A stretch of 64,000 nucleotides of DNA from Raillietiella orientalis (lineage: Eukaryota). Shown piece after piece: positions 13,029-25,822 of the stretch (position 1 is its first letter; the number at the start of each line of letters is the position of its first letter). Under the pieces are notes generated by a model. The model was given only the letters and a program-made list of their open reading frames with translations, had not been told where the DNA came from and searched no databases. The stretch spans positions 3,968,001 to 4,032,000 of the forward strand of contig JAYWIR010000008.1 of the NCBI GenBank assembly GCA_036172245.1, in the 5' to 3' direction. Position numbers and translations under genes: made by a program.

Positions 13029-15056
13029 GGATTTGTTCGCCTTGGGTTGTCGCCTCTTTGAGGATACCTCTGGTTTCTGCAGGCACGACCCCAGGGAGGC
13101 GCAACTTCCGGTTTTTGGGAGGCAGGCAACGGCAAGGGAGGAAGACTTACTCCTCCTCTTCGTCCAGGGAGTCAGTCCGAAGATTATCCCGATTCCCCTT
13201 CGGTTCGAGATACCATTTGGATGCTTGCCAGTTTCCTGCTTGCCTGTCCCACCACGTGTTCGCATCGGTCCGTCATCTCTGCGGCAGCCGGGAGGCTGCG
13301 CTCCGAAGATGAGGCGCCGAGAGAGGAGGCCATCCGAGCGATGCTACAGCCTGGCCATGCTGGCCGACTCCATTTTCACTTTCGGATCTGGAGTGGGACA
13401 CGCCTCCTCCTCCCTCCCGATGCTCCGGTGCACTCCCCGGGGGGTATCCTCGCTGATATCCTCGCTGCAGCACTGCGACCTAGAGCCCTACCGACCCTTC
13501 CAGTATCCGCGACCCCAGAATGGGAACAGCTGGTTACCTGACTTGGCTGCCGACCGAATCCAGAAGTGATCCATGGCTACCGCAGTCCCCAGGAAAGATG
13601 CTGGCCCTATTCGTCTCCCTTGGGGAACCAACGAGACGTTATTTTCTTTGCTGATCTGTGCCCCCTTAAAGGCTCTTCTCCCGTGGGAATGTCTTCGTCG
13701 GCTTCCTGCACACCTCGGTTCGAACGCGATGTGGAGGCGAGACTCGCGTTCCAGAAACCTGGGACCTAGAGGAGATTCTTCCGGGAGGCGTGGAAAGTGG
13801 CGACGTCCCAGTTTGAGGCTCACAGAGAGCGCAGCTTCACCTCAGGGCAGGTGGTCGCCTGGCGAAGGCGATGGAAGGTTCGGCTCCGCGCGCGCGTTGC
13901 CAGCGGCCGTTACCCTCCAGCTGATCGATCTCTTCCCGATGACTTCCTGGGCTGCGTTCCAAGGAACGCTCCCAGAGGAATTCCGCAGCCTACGACTCTT
14001 CTTCGTCCATCCCTTGAGAGAGTTTTTGCAGAACCCGAAGAAACTGAGGACGCTGGATGCCACGCCTCTTGCCTCGACGCTGCCCGACATAAAGGCAAGC
14101 GATGAGAGCATCCCACAGGCGAGATGGGACCTTTCCTGCCTTGTTTCGGGAGTGACCAAACTCCTGGGTGGCTGGGCAGCGAGCGAGCTGGCGGACGCCG
14201 CCACTCCATCAAAGGCAAAGGTGGGTCCGGATGCTGACTGCATTCCCCGGCAAACTTGTGACCCCTCCCTGGTGTTTGAACTCTTCCCTGTTCTTCCTTA
14301 AGCTGGAGACAGACTGTTTTGCTTTCTCCTCCCTTCTTCCTCCCCTCCTCCTGGGGTTTCACTGCAGTCGGCGTATGCACCACGTCTCCGGGGCAGCGCA
14401 TCCCCGGACTGCTGTTCCAGGTGCAGGGTTGGCGGAATCAATCCCGAACCTGCCTTCCGACTGCGGTGGCCTCAGCAAACGCTGGAAGAGGCGGACTTAA
14501 GCAGTCGAGCGGAGGGGACGACACCGCCCGTGACCTGCCGCGGCGGCTCTTCGCGCACAGGGGACTCTCGACTGGCGCGTCGATCGCTTACGACGCGTTG
14601 CGTGCGCGCCATCGTCAAGGCCCACCGTGTGCCATGTCGGGCGCAGCGAAGGGAGGCCACCCGCATGGCAGCCGTCTAAATGAGGACAGCTGGCGAGGTG
14701 GGCCTCATCTGGAAGCGGAGGTCAAGGCGGGGGTCTCCAGCATCCAGCGCTGGATCTAAAGGGAAAGAACGGCCGACATCGGTTACCCTTTTCCCCACCC
14801 ACCCCTTATTTATTTATTGACCCTTTCCACCCATTCCGGACTTTTCCCGTTTTATTTTTTTTTTCTTTCCTAGAAGACCAATGTGTCCACCCTCCTCATT
14901 TTGTGATTCATCTACTGCCCCCTCCCTTCCGTTCCCTACTTTCATATGTGCCGACTTGCTTGCTAGTGGGCCCTCCCCTTGAATTTCATTTGTCTTCGGC
15001 TGGGAGCTGCATCTTCTTTTTATTAAATAAACGCCCCGGTGTGACCAGGTCAGAAA
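13029..15056 (+). mobile_element. L1/Tx1-like LINE 3' fragment, copy 2
   Basis: FEDTSGF, FADLCPLKG, IPQARWDLSCLVSGVTKLLGGWAASELADAATPS (cf. copy 3 ILTARWEVTVEITGRRRGLSECTTGQLTEAETPS), decayed zinc knuckle AESIPNLPSDCGGLSKRW. 3' end AATAAACGCCCCGGTGTGACCAGGT (15026-15050). 5' boundary approximate; candidate TSD CCTCTTC at 13022-13028 and 15057-15063. Confidence 0.8.
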
Positions 15057-15744
15057 CCTCTTCCTGATTCTCTGGTTGTCAAAAAGATGCGGAGGAGATG
15101 CTGAGTGCGCTGCCGATGGCAGCAGGGGATGCGGCCCGCACGACGGACGGAAAGAAGGGAAGGGGGGACGGAAGCGCTGGCATCTTCCCGCAAATCTCGG
15201 GAATTCCCACGACGATAAAACAGAGAACCAGAATTGCATCCCCGAGACCTGCCGAATCTCTGAGAATCCCCCTGGAGATTCCTGGCTGACCTCCGGCAGA
15301 CCCGCTCGGCTGCGGGAAAGCCCGCGGATCTGCAGCAGCCGCATCCCGAATGGCGTCCAGAGACTCCTTCCCTCTGCAGCCGGGTTCCTCGCCGGCTGCG
15401 GTGCGAGGGTCAGAAATTGAGTCTCCTGGGAACCCTCAACCCGCAAGCCGTCCCTGCAATGGCAAATGAAGCCATCAGCCGAGGAGCGGAGTGCTCCAGA
15501 GCTGGAAGCATAAAGATGATTATGACCACGCTCAATGGTCCTTTCTCTCCTTCAAGAGACCCTGCGGATGTGTTGTCGTGATGACTTTACAGCCCCAGAG
15601 CGACCAAACGGAGATGCAAATGCGGCCGCAGCTTCCCCCATCCTGTCAAATTAAGACCCCCCCTGCAACAATGCACGGAGAACAAACCGCGCTCGACCGT
15701 ACTGCGCGCCCTAGCTCGAGGCGGAGCTCGGAGGAAACTTCTGC

Positions 15745-15950
15745 TGCACGTGCGACGTATATACACTGATGTGTACACGCGATCCTGCGACGAGCGCGCG
15801 AAGAGGACACGCGCATGCATGTGTCACGGGCGCACCGGTTGCGCACCTATGTGTACAGCGTGTGCTCAAAGAAGCGATGCGTATGCACTCTGTACGATTG
15901 CAATCGAAAAGCGCGCGCCCGCGCGGATGGCACACGCCCTCCCCCTCCTG
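15745..15950. repeat. Decayed alternating purine-pyrimidine microsatellite-like tract
   Basis: gtatatacac...gtgtacacgcg...acacgcgcatgcatgtgt...tgcgcacctatgtgtacagcgtgtgc. Confidence 0.6.
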
Positions 15951-15962
15951 CACCATGTTAAT

Positions 15963-16652
15963 GGGTTTGAAAATGGGTCCACGGGTTGACGCCCGTAGAC
16001 CAGACGACAGCCTGAGTTCCAGCGTTCAGGCGAGCCGCACCCACCCCACGACTGAGGATAGGTCGGGTCTTTTCCGTCCCTCGGGATGCAGTCCCGTTCT
16101 GCTTCCCCTCAGACGAGAGCCAGCTACCCTGAGGGAAACCTCGGAGGAGGCAGCCGGCGCGCTGAATGGCTCTGCGTGCTGCGGAAAACCAATAAGGCTT
16201 CGCATCATCCCCTTCGTCACGGTCGTCGCCGCCGCCATCACGTCAGACTGACGTCGGAGTTGTCGCCCCCGTGATTCCCGGCGCCTTCCCGGTGCGGCTC
16301 CTCCACGACGCGCGGAAGACTTCGGGACGCCGACTCTTTCCCGCCCCGCTCGTTGCGGAACCGCGCCGAGGGAGCGGGCGCCACCGTTCGTCCCGAGATG
16401 CGCTCCTCGGTGACGCTCGCCGAGCGCGGAGGGACCGCCCGTCTCCTCGGTGCTGGTGTCGCGTCCGGCGCAGGACGTCCCGGTCTCGTCGAAATCCTTC
16501 ATCCGCTGCGAGGGACTGCTGGCGCGCGCGTGATCCGCCGACGGCCAGGATAGCAGGAGCGGGAGGACGTCGAGCGAAAGAGGAGACGTTTCCCAGAAGC
16601 GTGAGTATCTCCTCAGCACCCCCCTTCAGAATGAGCGCGTGTTCCCCGAGGC
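15963..16652 (-). repeat. Left arm of 690-bp inverted duplication
   Basis: Reverse complement of 17747-18436 (position p pairs with 34399-p). Only two differences noticed (16307/18092 and 16440/17959). Confidence 0.97.
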
Positions 16653-17746
16653 AGAGTTTCTCCCGGACTCTTCCTCATCAAGGATGCTTCATCATCTTTC
16701 GGGTCCGCGCCCAATCTCAGGTCCCATCGGAGCTGAATCCTGGGGCCGCCAAATGCGCTGAGACCATCGGACCTTCTTCGATCGAGAGCTCTATATACTG
16801 GGGTCGTTGATCCTCCGTAACCCGTGACCACGCGGATCTGAGCTCACGTGATTTCGTATGCCCGTGCGAGGTGATCGCCGCAAGGGGTCGTCCACTCACC
16901 CCATGAAGGCGTCGCGACCAGCCCACGCGGACAACTCGGTTCCAGGAGAGGGCTCTCAGCAAGGATTCTTCAGGAACTGCCTCGAGGAGTTTTTTTTTTT
17001 TTTCCGGGAATATGAAGCGCCGGAACGAACGGTCCACGGAGCCGGGTTCATATGGCGGCGTACGCGTGAGCTCGGCAGCGGCTCCACGGGAACCGGGCTC
17101 GCGTCACTTCCCACCTCGGCAGGAGAGCGGACGCGCGGCTCCCAGCTCTGCTGAGAGACCGAGTGCCGCTTCCTACAAGAACGCGCGTGCGCGGGCTCTT
17201 CAGCATCCCAGGCGCTTGAGCGCACGATGCCTTCTCCACGCCCCGCGTCTCTTCCTCTGATGGCCGCTGCGGGAGCGCAGGAGAGGTGCTGCTGCTGCGG
17301 CTGCCCTCCGTCTCCGTAGTGGCTCTTCCCTCCGCACCCACGCCAAGGGTGGGGAACGCGGTCCATCCGCCTCTCGACGCAACCCGGACGTACCGTGGTG
17401 GGTGGCCGGAAGATGCAAAGCGCAAGAGTGGAAACTCGCGCATGCGCGAGGTGCCAAGAAGCCGGCCGTTTCGGTAGTGGGGGAGCTGCTCATAATTCAC
17501 GCTGACGTTAATGACGTTCAACATGGTGTAGTGGAGGAAGAGAGAAGGAAAAGGAGAGGGGAGGGAGGACTCGAAGGCGAGTTTTGGGAGCGGCAGCTGC
17601 AAAGCTGCATGAACTAGAGCGAGTTGTAGGCAGGGCTCTGCTCACAGGCATGGGGTGCGCGCGCGAGCAGGAAAGGGATCGGGAGATCCCGCTTCCCGCC
17701 GTCTTCAACAGAAATGACCGCCACATCGTCGCCACCTTCCGGCTGG

Positions 17747-18436
17747 GCCTCGGGGAACACGCGCTCATTCTGAAGGGGGGTGCTGAGGAGATACTCACGC
17801 TTCTGGGAAACGTCTCCTCTTTCGCTCGACGTCCTCCCGCTCCTGCTATCCTGGCCGTCGGCGGATCACGCGCGCGCCAGCAGTCCCTCGCAGCGGATGA
17901 AGGATTTCGACGAGACCGGGACGTCCTGCGCCGGACGCGACACCAGCACCGAGGAGACAGGCGGTCCCTCCGCGCTCGGCGAGCGTCACCGAGGAGCGCA
18001 TCTCGGGACGAACGGTGGCGCCCGCTCCCTCGGCGCGGTTCCGCAACGAGCGGGGCGGGAAAGAGTCGGCGTCCCGAAGTCTTCCGCGCGTTGTGGAGGA
18101 GCCGCACCGGGAAGGCGCCGGGAATCACGGGGGCGACAACTCCGACGTCAGTCTGACGTGATGGCGGCGGCGACGACCGTGACGAAGGGGATGATGCGAA
18201 GCCTTATTGGTTTTCCGCAGCACGCAGAGCCATTCAGCGCGCCGGCTGCCTCCTCCGAGGTTTCCCTCAGGGTAGCTGGCTCTCGTCTGAGGGGAAGCAG
18301 AACGGGACTGCATCCCGAGGGACGGAAAAGACCCGACCTATCCTCAGTCGTGGGGTGGGTGCGGCTCGCCTGAACGCTGGAACTCAGGCTGTCGTCTGGT
18401 CTACGGGCGTCAACCCGTGGACCCATTTTCAAACCC
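17747..18436 (+). repeat. Right arm of 690-bp inverted duplication (overlaps a decayed CR1-like RT C-terminus)
   Basis: Mirror ORFs in the track (16026..16619 minus vs 17780..18373 plus). VLRRYSRF...LLLSWPSADHAR...RMKDF resembles the CR1/L2 LExVQRR...LxWxSLxxRR region. Confidence 0.95.
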
Positions 18437-18889
18437 CACAACCGGCGCAGCCCGATGAACCAAACGCTGAGTTGCTCCGCGCCCGCAGCAAGGCCCATCA
18501 AATCCTGTGGAAGGTGGTGGTTGCTGCGGATGGCAGGAATGGTGGCAACTAAGGAAGTCGGGATCCTTCGAGAGGCATCTGGCTGCTCGGTAGGCGAGGC
18601 AGTAAAAATGGGCTGGGCTCAAGCGTGGTGCCTTTATTCAACCGGTTGTGACGGAGTCTCTCCTGCCTTTCCTGAAGAACCAATCTCCGGAGGACGGCTG
18701 GTTCTTCAGATTCGGTCAAAAAGGGAGGTCACGGCGAACGAGGGTTTGGACGCGAGCTATCCCGGAGCCGCGGTCGTCTTAGTGGCGTGGTGGCAGCAAG
18801 CACCCAGCCGAGACTTCGGTGACCTGATCTTGAGAAGGGTTCGCTGGGATCAGCTTTTGGGCGTGGTCCTGTAGGTTCCTAGTCGCTGA

Positions 18890-19270
18890 CACAACGCTCG
18901 TACGGTACTCTGTGTGCGTACAACCTGATATATCATGTGGCCCAGTGCATCATTCGAATGATCCTCCTCACGGGAGCGTGAGGGACAGCCACCGAAACCG
19001 CATCGGTGGATGCGAATGCTCCACGCAGGTGCATCGCAAGAGCTCCAGCAAGCAATCATACGGGTGGACGCACACTTCAGGCACCCAAACACACGCGCGA
19101 GTGGATGGAGAAAGGTGGAGCTTTTCCTCGAGCGCGGGTCGATCACTCAGATGCGAGTACCTTGCACGAATACATTACGTAAGTACATCACATGAGCGTG
19201 TCCGTGGCACACGTACAGGTGCGCCACACGGGTGCGGATGCGGCAGCGCCAGTACGATCCTGTGCTCCTG
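18890..19270. repeat. Decayed alternating purine-pyrimidine tract
   Basis: gtgtgcgtac, acacacgcgcg, tacattacgtaagtacatcacatgagcgtgt, gcacacgtacaggtgcgc. Confidence 0.45.
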
Positions 19271-20749
19271 GCTGCGCACTGGCTTCGGAAGGGAGGATGG
19301 CCGCGAGGGCAGGAAGCAGCCTCCCCTCTGCTTGCTCTCTCCTCATGATCGCGCCCAGTGAAGACGGGTGCCACCCGACGCGCGCCCCTCCAAGCCTCTG
19401 GAGAATGATGCCCTTTTGGAAGGGCATCATCTCACAATCCTGCCGGACCAAAACGCGGCTTCCAGACAGTCCCCCTCGTTTTCCCTTCGGGATCGCTGGC
19501 ACGCGAGCACGAGGTCGCTCCCCCTTCATCCTTTCTCCTCCTGGGAGGGAAGGAAACCCCCGGGTGCGTTTCCGTTTCGGGCAGGATGCTGTCATCCTCA
19601 GTACGCCCCATCCATTTTCGTCCTCGGTCTGGATCTTCCCTCGCGCTCGTGGCTGGATTATTGATCGATGCTATCATTTGTTCTTACCGAGAGATGCGCA
19701 CCCGGGCAGACGGATGATCGGCGGAGCATTAGGGCGCCATTTGTTAAAGAGAAAGCCGGAAGGGAAGAGATCCCTTCCGTATCCGCCGGTCGGAGCCGTC
19801 CTGCACCGTGGATAGGGTGCGGAAAGGTGGGGGGAGGCGCGCGCGCGTCCCGAACAGGAAGCTGCCTGCGGACGCGAGAGTTGGCTTCTGCGCTTCCGTC
19901 GTCGTCGTCTTTCCCCTCTTTCCTCTCGCGCACGCGGTGCTCCGCACGCTCTGGACCGACACAGAGGAGGAGGGAACGGAGGAAGGGGACATGGATTAGA
20001 TTGAGTGGGGAATGGGAGAGCGTAACACACCGCCCGCTCAAGGTTCCACCTTCTCCCCTCTTTCCTGGATGCCTCCTCCGCTATGAGAAAGCAGTCAGAC
20101 ATCCAGAGGGGAATTCCCGCTGGTCAGAACGAAATCATCCCCCCTCTTTCCTGCCAAGAAAGGATCAAGGGATAGGGAGGAGTAGGTGGCTGATCCCTGG
20201 TCACGATCCACGCGCAAGGCGAGTCCCTCAAAGCCCTCTCGGGCGAAACCTCTTCTCTCACTGAAAAGATGCTGCGAAAAGGGACGATTCCCAAAACGCA
20301 TTTCTGGAGGGAATTCTCTTCCTGCTTTCCCCTTCATTCTCCCCCGCTTCCCTCTCCCTTTCCTTCTCGTTTCCAAACAGCACGCCGGGTTCTTTCCGAG
20401 ACAGTGCGATCTTCCCCTTAGCGTGGTCCTTAAAGCGATGAGGTGGTAGCAGCTTCCCACGTTGTCCTTGAGTCCTCCGATTTCAAGGTTTCCCGTTCCC
20501 TATCTGCGGGCGCGTGCCGAGATTGGGTGCGAGAGAGAGGACCATCCTTCCGTCCGGGTCGCTGCGCCCGAGCAAGCGCCGCCCTTCGAGTGGTCTCGGG
20601 TTCCAAGCACATCCCACAAGGATGAGGGAGAAAATAAATCTTCAGGAACTTGAGGGATCGTTCGCCGACTCAGGGAAGATTCGCCAGTCGCGACACTCAG
20701 AGGACTCTGGCGCTGAAGTCGCACGAGCGTTCGTTTGGGGATTCAAGGG

Positions 20750-21150
20750 AGGACGAGTACGAGGATAAAGAGGATCGGGAAGATAATGTAGGTAGAGTAA
20801 AAAGCAGGATAAAGAGGGGGATGAGAGGAAGCGGAAGATCTGAGGATGAGGAGGACGAGGAAGAAGAGGGAAGGAAGAGGATGGAAGTAAGAAAAAGCGG
20901 AAAATCAGAATAGGAGAAATAGAGAAAGGAAGGTGAGAGAAAGAGGAGGATCAGAGAAGGAGGTGGTCGATCAGGGGAGGGGGAGGAGAATGGGGAAGAA
21001 GGAAGGAAGAGGAGGATGAGAGGAGAAAGAGGAAGATAAGAAGAGGCGGAGGATCGCAGGATGATGATGAGGAGGAGGACAGGGAAAAGGAAAAGGAGGA
21101 AGAGAGAAAGAGGAGGGTGAGGGGGAGAGGTGGGGATTAGGAAGAGATAA
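20750..21150. repeat. Polypurine GA/GAG low-complexity tract
   Basis: About 400 bp almost entirely G/A on the plus strand. Confidence 0.9.
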
Positions 21151-21609
21151 CTTGCGGCGCGCACATTGAAAACCGCCCGAGGCACAGAATGCAGTTAGCG
21201 TTGCGGTGAGCACGGAGACCACCTCGAGGACTCTCCCACTCATCCATTTCCGAAAGGTGAAGGGTTAGGCGATATCCTTCTACAGATGGAAGGATGCAAG
21301 GGGATAGGATGGAGCCCTGAATGCTTTCTTCCGACCGACCAGCATGTCCTTCCCGATCCTCCTTCCTCCTTTCGTGCCTCTTGGAAGCCGTCTAGCTGAG
21401 GACACAGGCGCGCTCGCGACCTCAGGCCTTTCCGCGACAGCACGCGCGTTCGCGAAGGAGGAACTCGGCGGTCCACGGGACCCTCTTCACCCCCCGCATT
21501 GAAGAACAAAGAGTCCCTTTCCTCCTATCCTTTCTCCCTTCTTCTCTTCATTCCTCTCCCCCTTTGGCCTCTATCCGTCTTCGATGCCTATTTGCCCCCT
21601 TTCCCGGAG

Positions 21610-21950
21610 TGCTCCCGAAACTCCTCCAACAGGTTCGAGCCCGGCCGGCTGGCCGGCATCCTTCATTTTCTTCTTCCAGGGAAAGTCGCGCCTCCCTTGC
21701 TCCCTCGTCTCTCGACCCTGGGAACCAGCCGGCCGAAGTACTCGGGCCTGGCGGGCGGTGCAATCTACAAGGAGCGGCTCTTGTCTTCCCGTCCTCCCGG
21801 AGTCATTTTATCCTGCAATGGGGACTCCCTGATGGGCATTTCGGCTCCTTCTGGAGCAAGGGTCAGTTTCCTTACCAGTCCATCTAGACATCCTGGTAGG
21901 AGAGACCGCTTGGGGGTGGATTTTTCTCCCCCCTCCCTACTCCACGTCTC
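21610..21950 (+). mobile_element. Decayed CR1/Jockey-like RT relic
   Basis: NRFEPGR...LMGISAPSGARVSFLTSPSRH resembles QxGFRPGR...GIxGxxxxWIxSFLxxRxQ. Confidence 0.4.
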
Positions 21951-24900
21951 TCCCATTCGATTTCCTCCGTCCGATAGCCTAGTTGGACGAGTTCGCGCGT
22001 CCCCGTTAACAGCCGGGTCCCATGCCACTAGATTGCAAACGACAGAGTGGAGGTGTAGTGGGGGTGGCTGTGCGGTCCTCAAAAACCAGGAGGATCATCC
22101 AGTGGGGACCGCTTCTCGTGAGGAGAAAGGTCTCCGAGGGGACTCCAGGCAGCTTCCTAGTGCCTCCTCGCGCATCCCCCTGCCGTTCCCACTCGTGCCA
22201 CTTCCCCGGGTCTCTCTAGCCCAGAAGCACGCGCTTCCCGGAAAAAACGACTCCACGATTCAGCGCTCTCCCCCTTCCCCTATCGTCCTTTTCGTGTTTC
22301 TCCCAGCGCCCTCTGAGGCTGGACTCGCTCCCGTCGCTCCGATGCGAGCCTAGCTTCTGGGGACGTTTGGCGGGACTGGTGCGACGACGCTCCCCGTCCC
22401 TGTTTGCCACTCTGCACTGCGAGGCATCTCCCGGAGGGCCGAAAGGATGATAGCCATTCCGGCTTCTTCTCGGAAGTACCGGAGGAATTTCTTCCCCACT
22501 TATCCCATGGGAAGGCGCCATTCGGCACCAGGGAGAAGGTGCGCACTCCCATGACTCCCGAGCGGCCTCCTGCAGGTGACCTCTGTCGCGCAGTCTCCCC
22601 TGCTAGCGAGTGAGAGCTCACCGAGGGTCTGCTCTCCCCCCTCCTACCCGAAGGTGCATCCGGCTGCGCCAAGGGGACAAGGGGAAATTCTCTAGAGTCT
22701 CCGGGAGGCGGAGAGCTTCGCTGGAGAAAGCGTCGCGCCATCCTCCAGGCTTGGAAAGCGGGACTCGCACGCGTGGCATCTCTCTTCCTTCCCCTCCTCC
22801 TTTCCTCACTCCTTTTCCCTTACCTCTTCCCTCTAATCCTGCAGAGTCTTCCTTCGGTTCCTTCACTGCCTTAATTTATAGGGGCTCTTTAGACAGTCAG
22901 CCGCACTCTTCCCCTATCGCCACTACGATGGTTTCCTGTAAGGAGAAGGGGGAGAATTCCTTCCGGTTGATCTTTCCTCCCGCATCCCCTGTGATCCTTC
23001 GCGGAATTAAAAGCAAGAAAATGACTGAAGTGGTTGCGGGATTATTCCGGGAAGGAGATGCATGCAGAGGTGGAATGAGGAGGAGGAATCCTGTCCTTTT
23101 TCCCCCCTCCCCCTTGAACGAGGGTAGCAATAGCTCCCCTTCGGGCAGTTTCGAGGCAGCCACCATCGATCGTTCCAAGATAGCGGAGTCCGTCGTCTTG
23201 GGATTTCCAGAAGGGAGATGAGACGAAACGCCGGGAGACACGCGAAACGCGGACTGCACGCTGCCGCCCCCGCCGAGCTAGCGATTCCGCTTTCCCAGCC
23301 ATTTGCCTCACGTAGCACCCTCCCCCGTCCTTCCGGGAGGGAGGAACGTCCCCGCGTGGGGAGTGTGGTCTTCCAGCCTGCCGTACAACGCGGCATCCGT
23401 CCGCTCGGCGCGGGGGTCTCCTCGTCCGTCTTCGCCAGGGAAGAGGAGGAAAGGAGGGGACGAACCACGTAACCTCTCACCCATAGCGTTCGGGAGGCCG
23501 AGGAGGAGGGAGAGAGCACAGGAGACGGAATTCCTTTTTCCTCCCTCTCTCTCTCTCCCTCACTGCCTCGCTCCCCCGCACGCGCGCGCGCGAGCGCTGT
23601 AAATCACTCAGGAAGGCGAAGCGTGGAAAGCTCCGGGCACGCGAATCGGCCCGGATAAATCCCTCGTCACCTGGCCCTTCCCCTCCCAGGATTTCCCCTG
23701 CGCGGTTGAAATTCGGGAAGTCGCGCATTCCTGGCATCCTGCGGAAATACGAGCTCCGCCGAAAGCCACTACGAGTGAGTCTCCAGGAAGGCGGAGGAAG
23801 CGTGCGCGCTCCTTCCAGAGATTTTCCTCTGTCTGTGCTACTGTGCCCCCACCCTTTGTCCGACCCTTCCACATGCGAACCCGGAGGGTCGAGTGTGTCC
23901 TTGAACACCCCGCTGGCGCCTTCGTCTCCCTGTCCTTCTTCTGCCTACCCGGTCGACTGGTCCACGAACGGGGCGTGGTAGGCAACCGCCCCCACGCCAC
24001 CGAGTATCCATCGGCAACCATCCCACTGCCTGAAAATCTATAAATAGAATGATTCACACTCGGATGGATGCTTTCTATTTATAGGTGCGACGGATGCACC
24101 GAGCAGCCGATCTCGAACTGCTCGTCGTTTGCGGATTCGCACCCGACGGGGACACAGGGATAAGGTTTGGGGTGCAGGAAAGAGGGATAGGAGGGCACGA
24201 CGTGTGACCTCCTAGAGATTAACCGGATTTCGTGCCCCGGCGCAACGACCACGTGAACTGGTCCGTCGCAACGGAGCTGACGCCGGCGCAGTGCGGGTGA
24301 CCCATCCTGGTCTCCTCTCGCCAAGAAATAGCACCCCTTTCCCATCCCCCTCTTTCTCACATCCTACAGAGAGCCTCGGCGGAAATTCGAGCCATCGTGA
24401 GGTGGGTCCATCCCACCTCTATCTACGCATCGCTGGCTCCTCTTTCTCTTCCCTTTACCAACCCCCTTTTATTAGGGGGGGTTTCCACCGGGAGCTAGGC
24501 TCCGCGAAACCCGGAAATCCCTCTATCCGACGAGAAGCCTCTCGAGCAATCCCTTCTTTCCTTCCATCCATCCGTCCCTTCTTTCCTCCTTGTCTCGCCG
24601 TCCGACGCGCCCGTTCGTTCGGAGTGGAGCGTCTCCATGCAACCCGTCTCCTGGGATCTATGGGACCGGGACGCACGCCGAGAAATGGAGCAAGGGACGC
24701 GTTGTTCACGCAGAAGAAAAAAGCTGACGATCGTCCCGTCTGCCTTGGAGGATGCCGCAGGGAACATCGGACTGCTCGCGAAAGAGGAGTCGGGACCGGA
24801 CCTGCGAGGCTTCCGAGGAAACGAGAAACGGGGAGATTGAGGGCTCGCGATAGCGGCAGCATCCCTCTGCGCAGGTTCTGGTTTCTTGCTCGCGCCATCT

Positions 24901-25822
24901 CCGTTTCCGTCGGTATCCAAGGGCAACAAAGCGGAATTCTAAAATAAATAAAGGTAAAAATAAAGCGAATAAAAATAATGAAAAGATGCTCTCCCGTGAT
25001 GATTCGTCCGAGGACGAGGACGGAAGCTGTTTGCCTTCCAGGAGTTCTGTGTACACAGCTTCCAGTTACTGGATGTGGCAAAGCGCCCTTCCTCTGAAAG
25101 ATGCTGTCGCTGCTGCCGAGTCTCAACGGCTGCACCGGGGGAAGGGGGAGGAGGCGAGCGACTCTGCAGAGCGGCAGTGGAGAAACCGTCGCCCAGGTGC
25201 CGCTTCCTCACAGAGACTGCAGGATTCCGCGGGGAGGAGCCACTACGCCTTTCTGTGGAGGGAAAGGATCAAGGTCACGTGACCCAGTCTTGCGTGAAGG
25301 GGGCTAGAAAGGGGTTCGGATGAAAAAGGGTCCGCGAGAAGCCTTGTCTCTGCGGAGACCTTCTCTCTGCAGACCCAGAGTCCCTTCCCGTAGATAAGAG
25401 AAGCCGAGGACGCAGGACCAGAATGTCTTTATCTCCCCCCTCCCGCGTGGTAGAATACGATGGTAGTGGAAGACCCTCAGACCTTCCACACCTCTTCGGC
25501 GAAGAAAAAAAATGCCGAGAGGACTCCGAAATCGACGACTGCCTCAGCTTTCTCCAGAAGACCCGGGGGTTCACCCGCTTTCGGGAGTCGTCCCTTCGCG
25601 CGTCACGGATGACTGCACGGACCGTAGAACTCCCCTGCAGGCCAGTCATCCCGCCCTAGTTCTGCTACAACCCGATTTTCCCGGACGCTGGCCGATGAAG
25701 GAACGGCGTCTTTTCTCCCTTTCGGTCTTGGCGTCTGGGGTCGTGCAAAACCTGCAGTTGCACCGTCCTTTGGGGGTCTTTCCCATTGTTGCTGTTTCCC
25801 TTCCTTTTTCTTCGGGTTCTCC

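Noticed and set aside
13573..14500. Leucine-rich-repeat gene fragment (FQGTLPEEFRSL, KLRTLD)
   Set aside because: Neighbouring peptides align better with the LINE copy at 26407-27874 and continue into the same 3'UTR.
15963..18436. DNA transposon with long TIRs
   Set aside because: No TSD and no transposase in the spacer; the arm sequence is itself a decayed RT relic.
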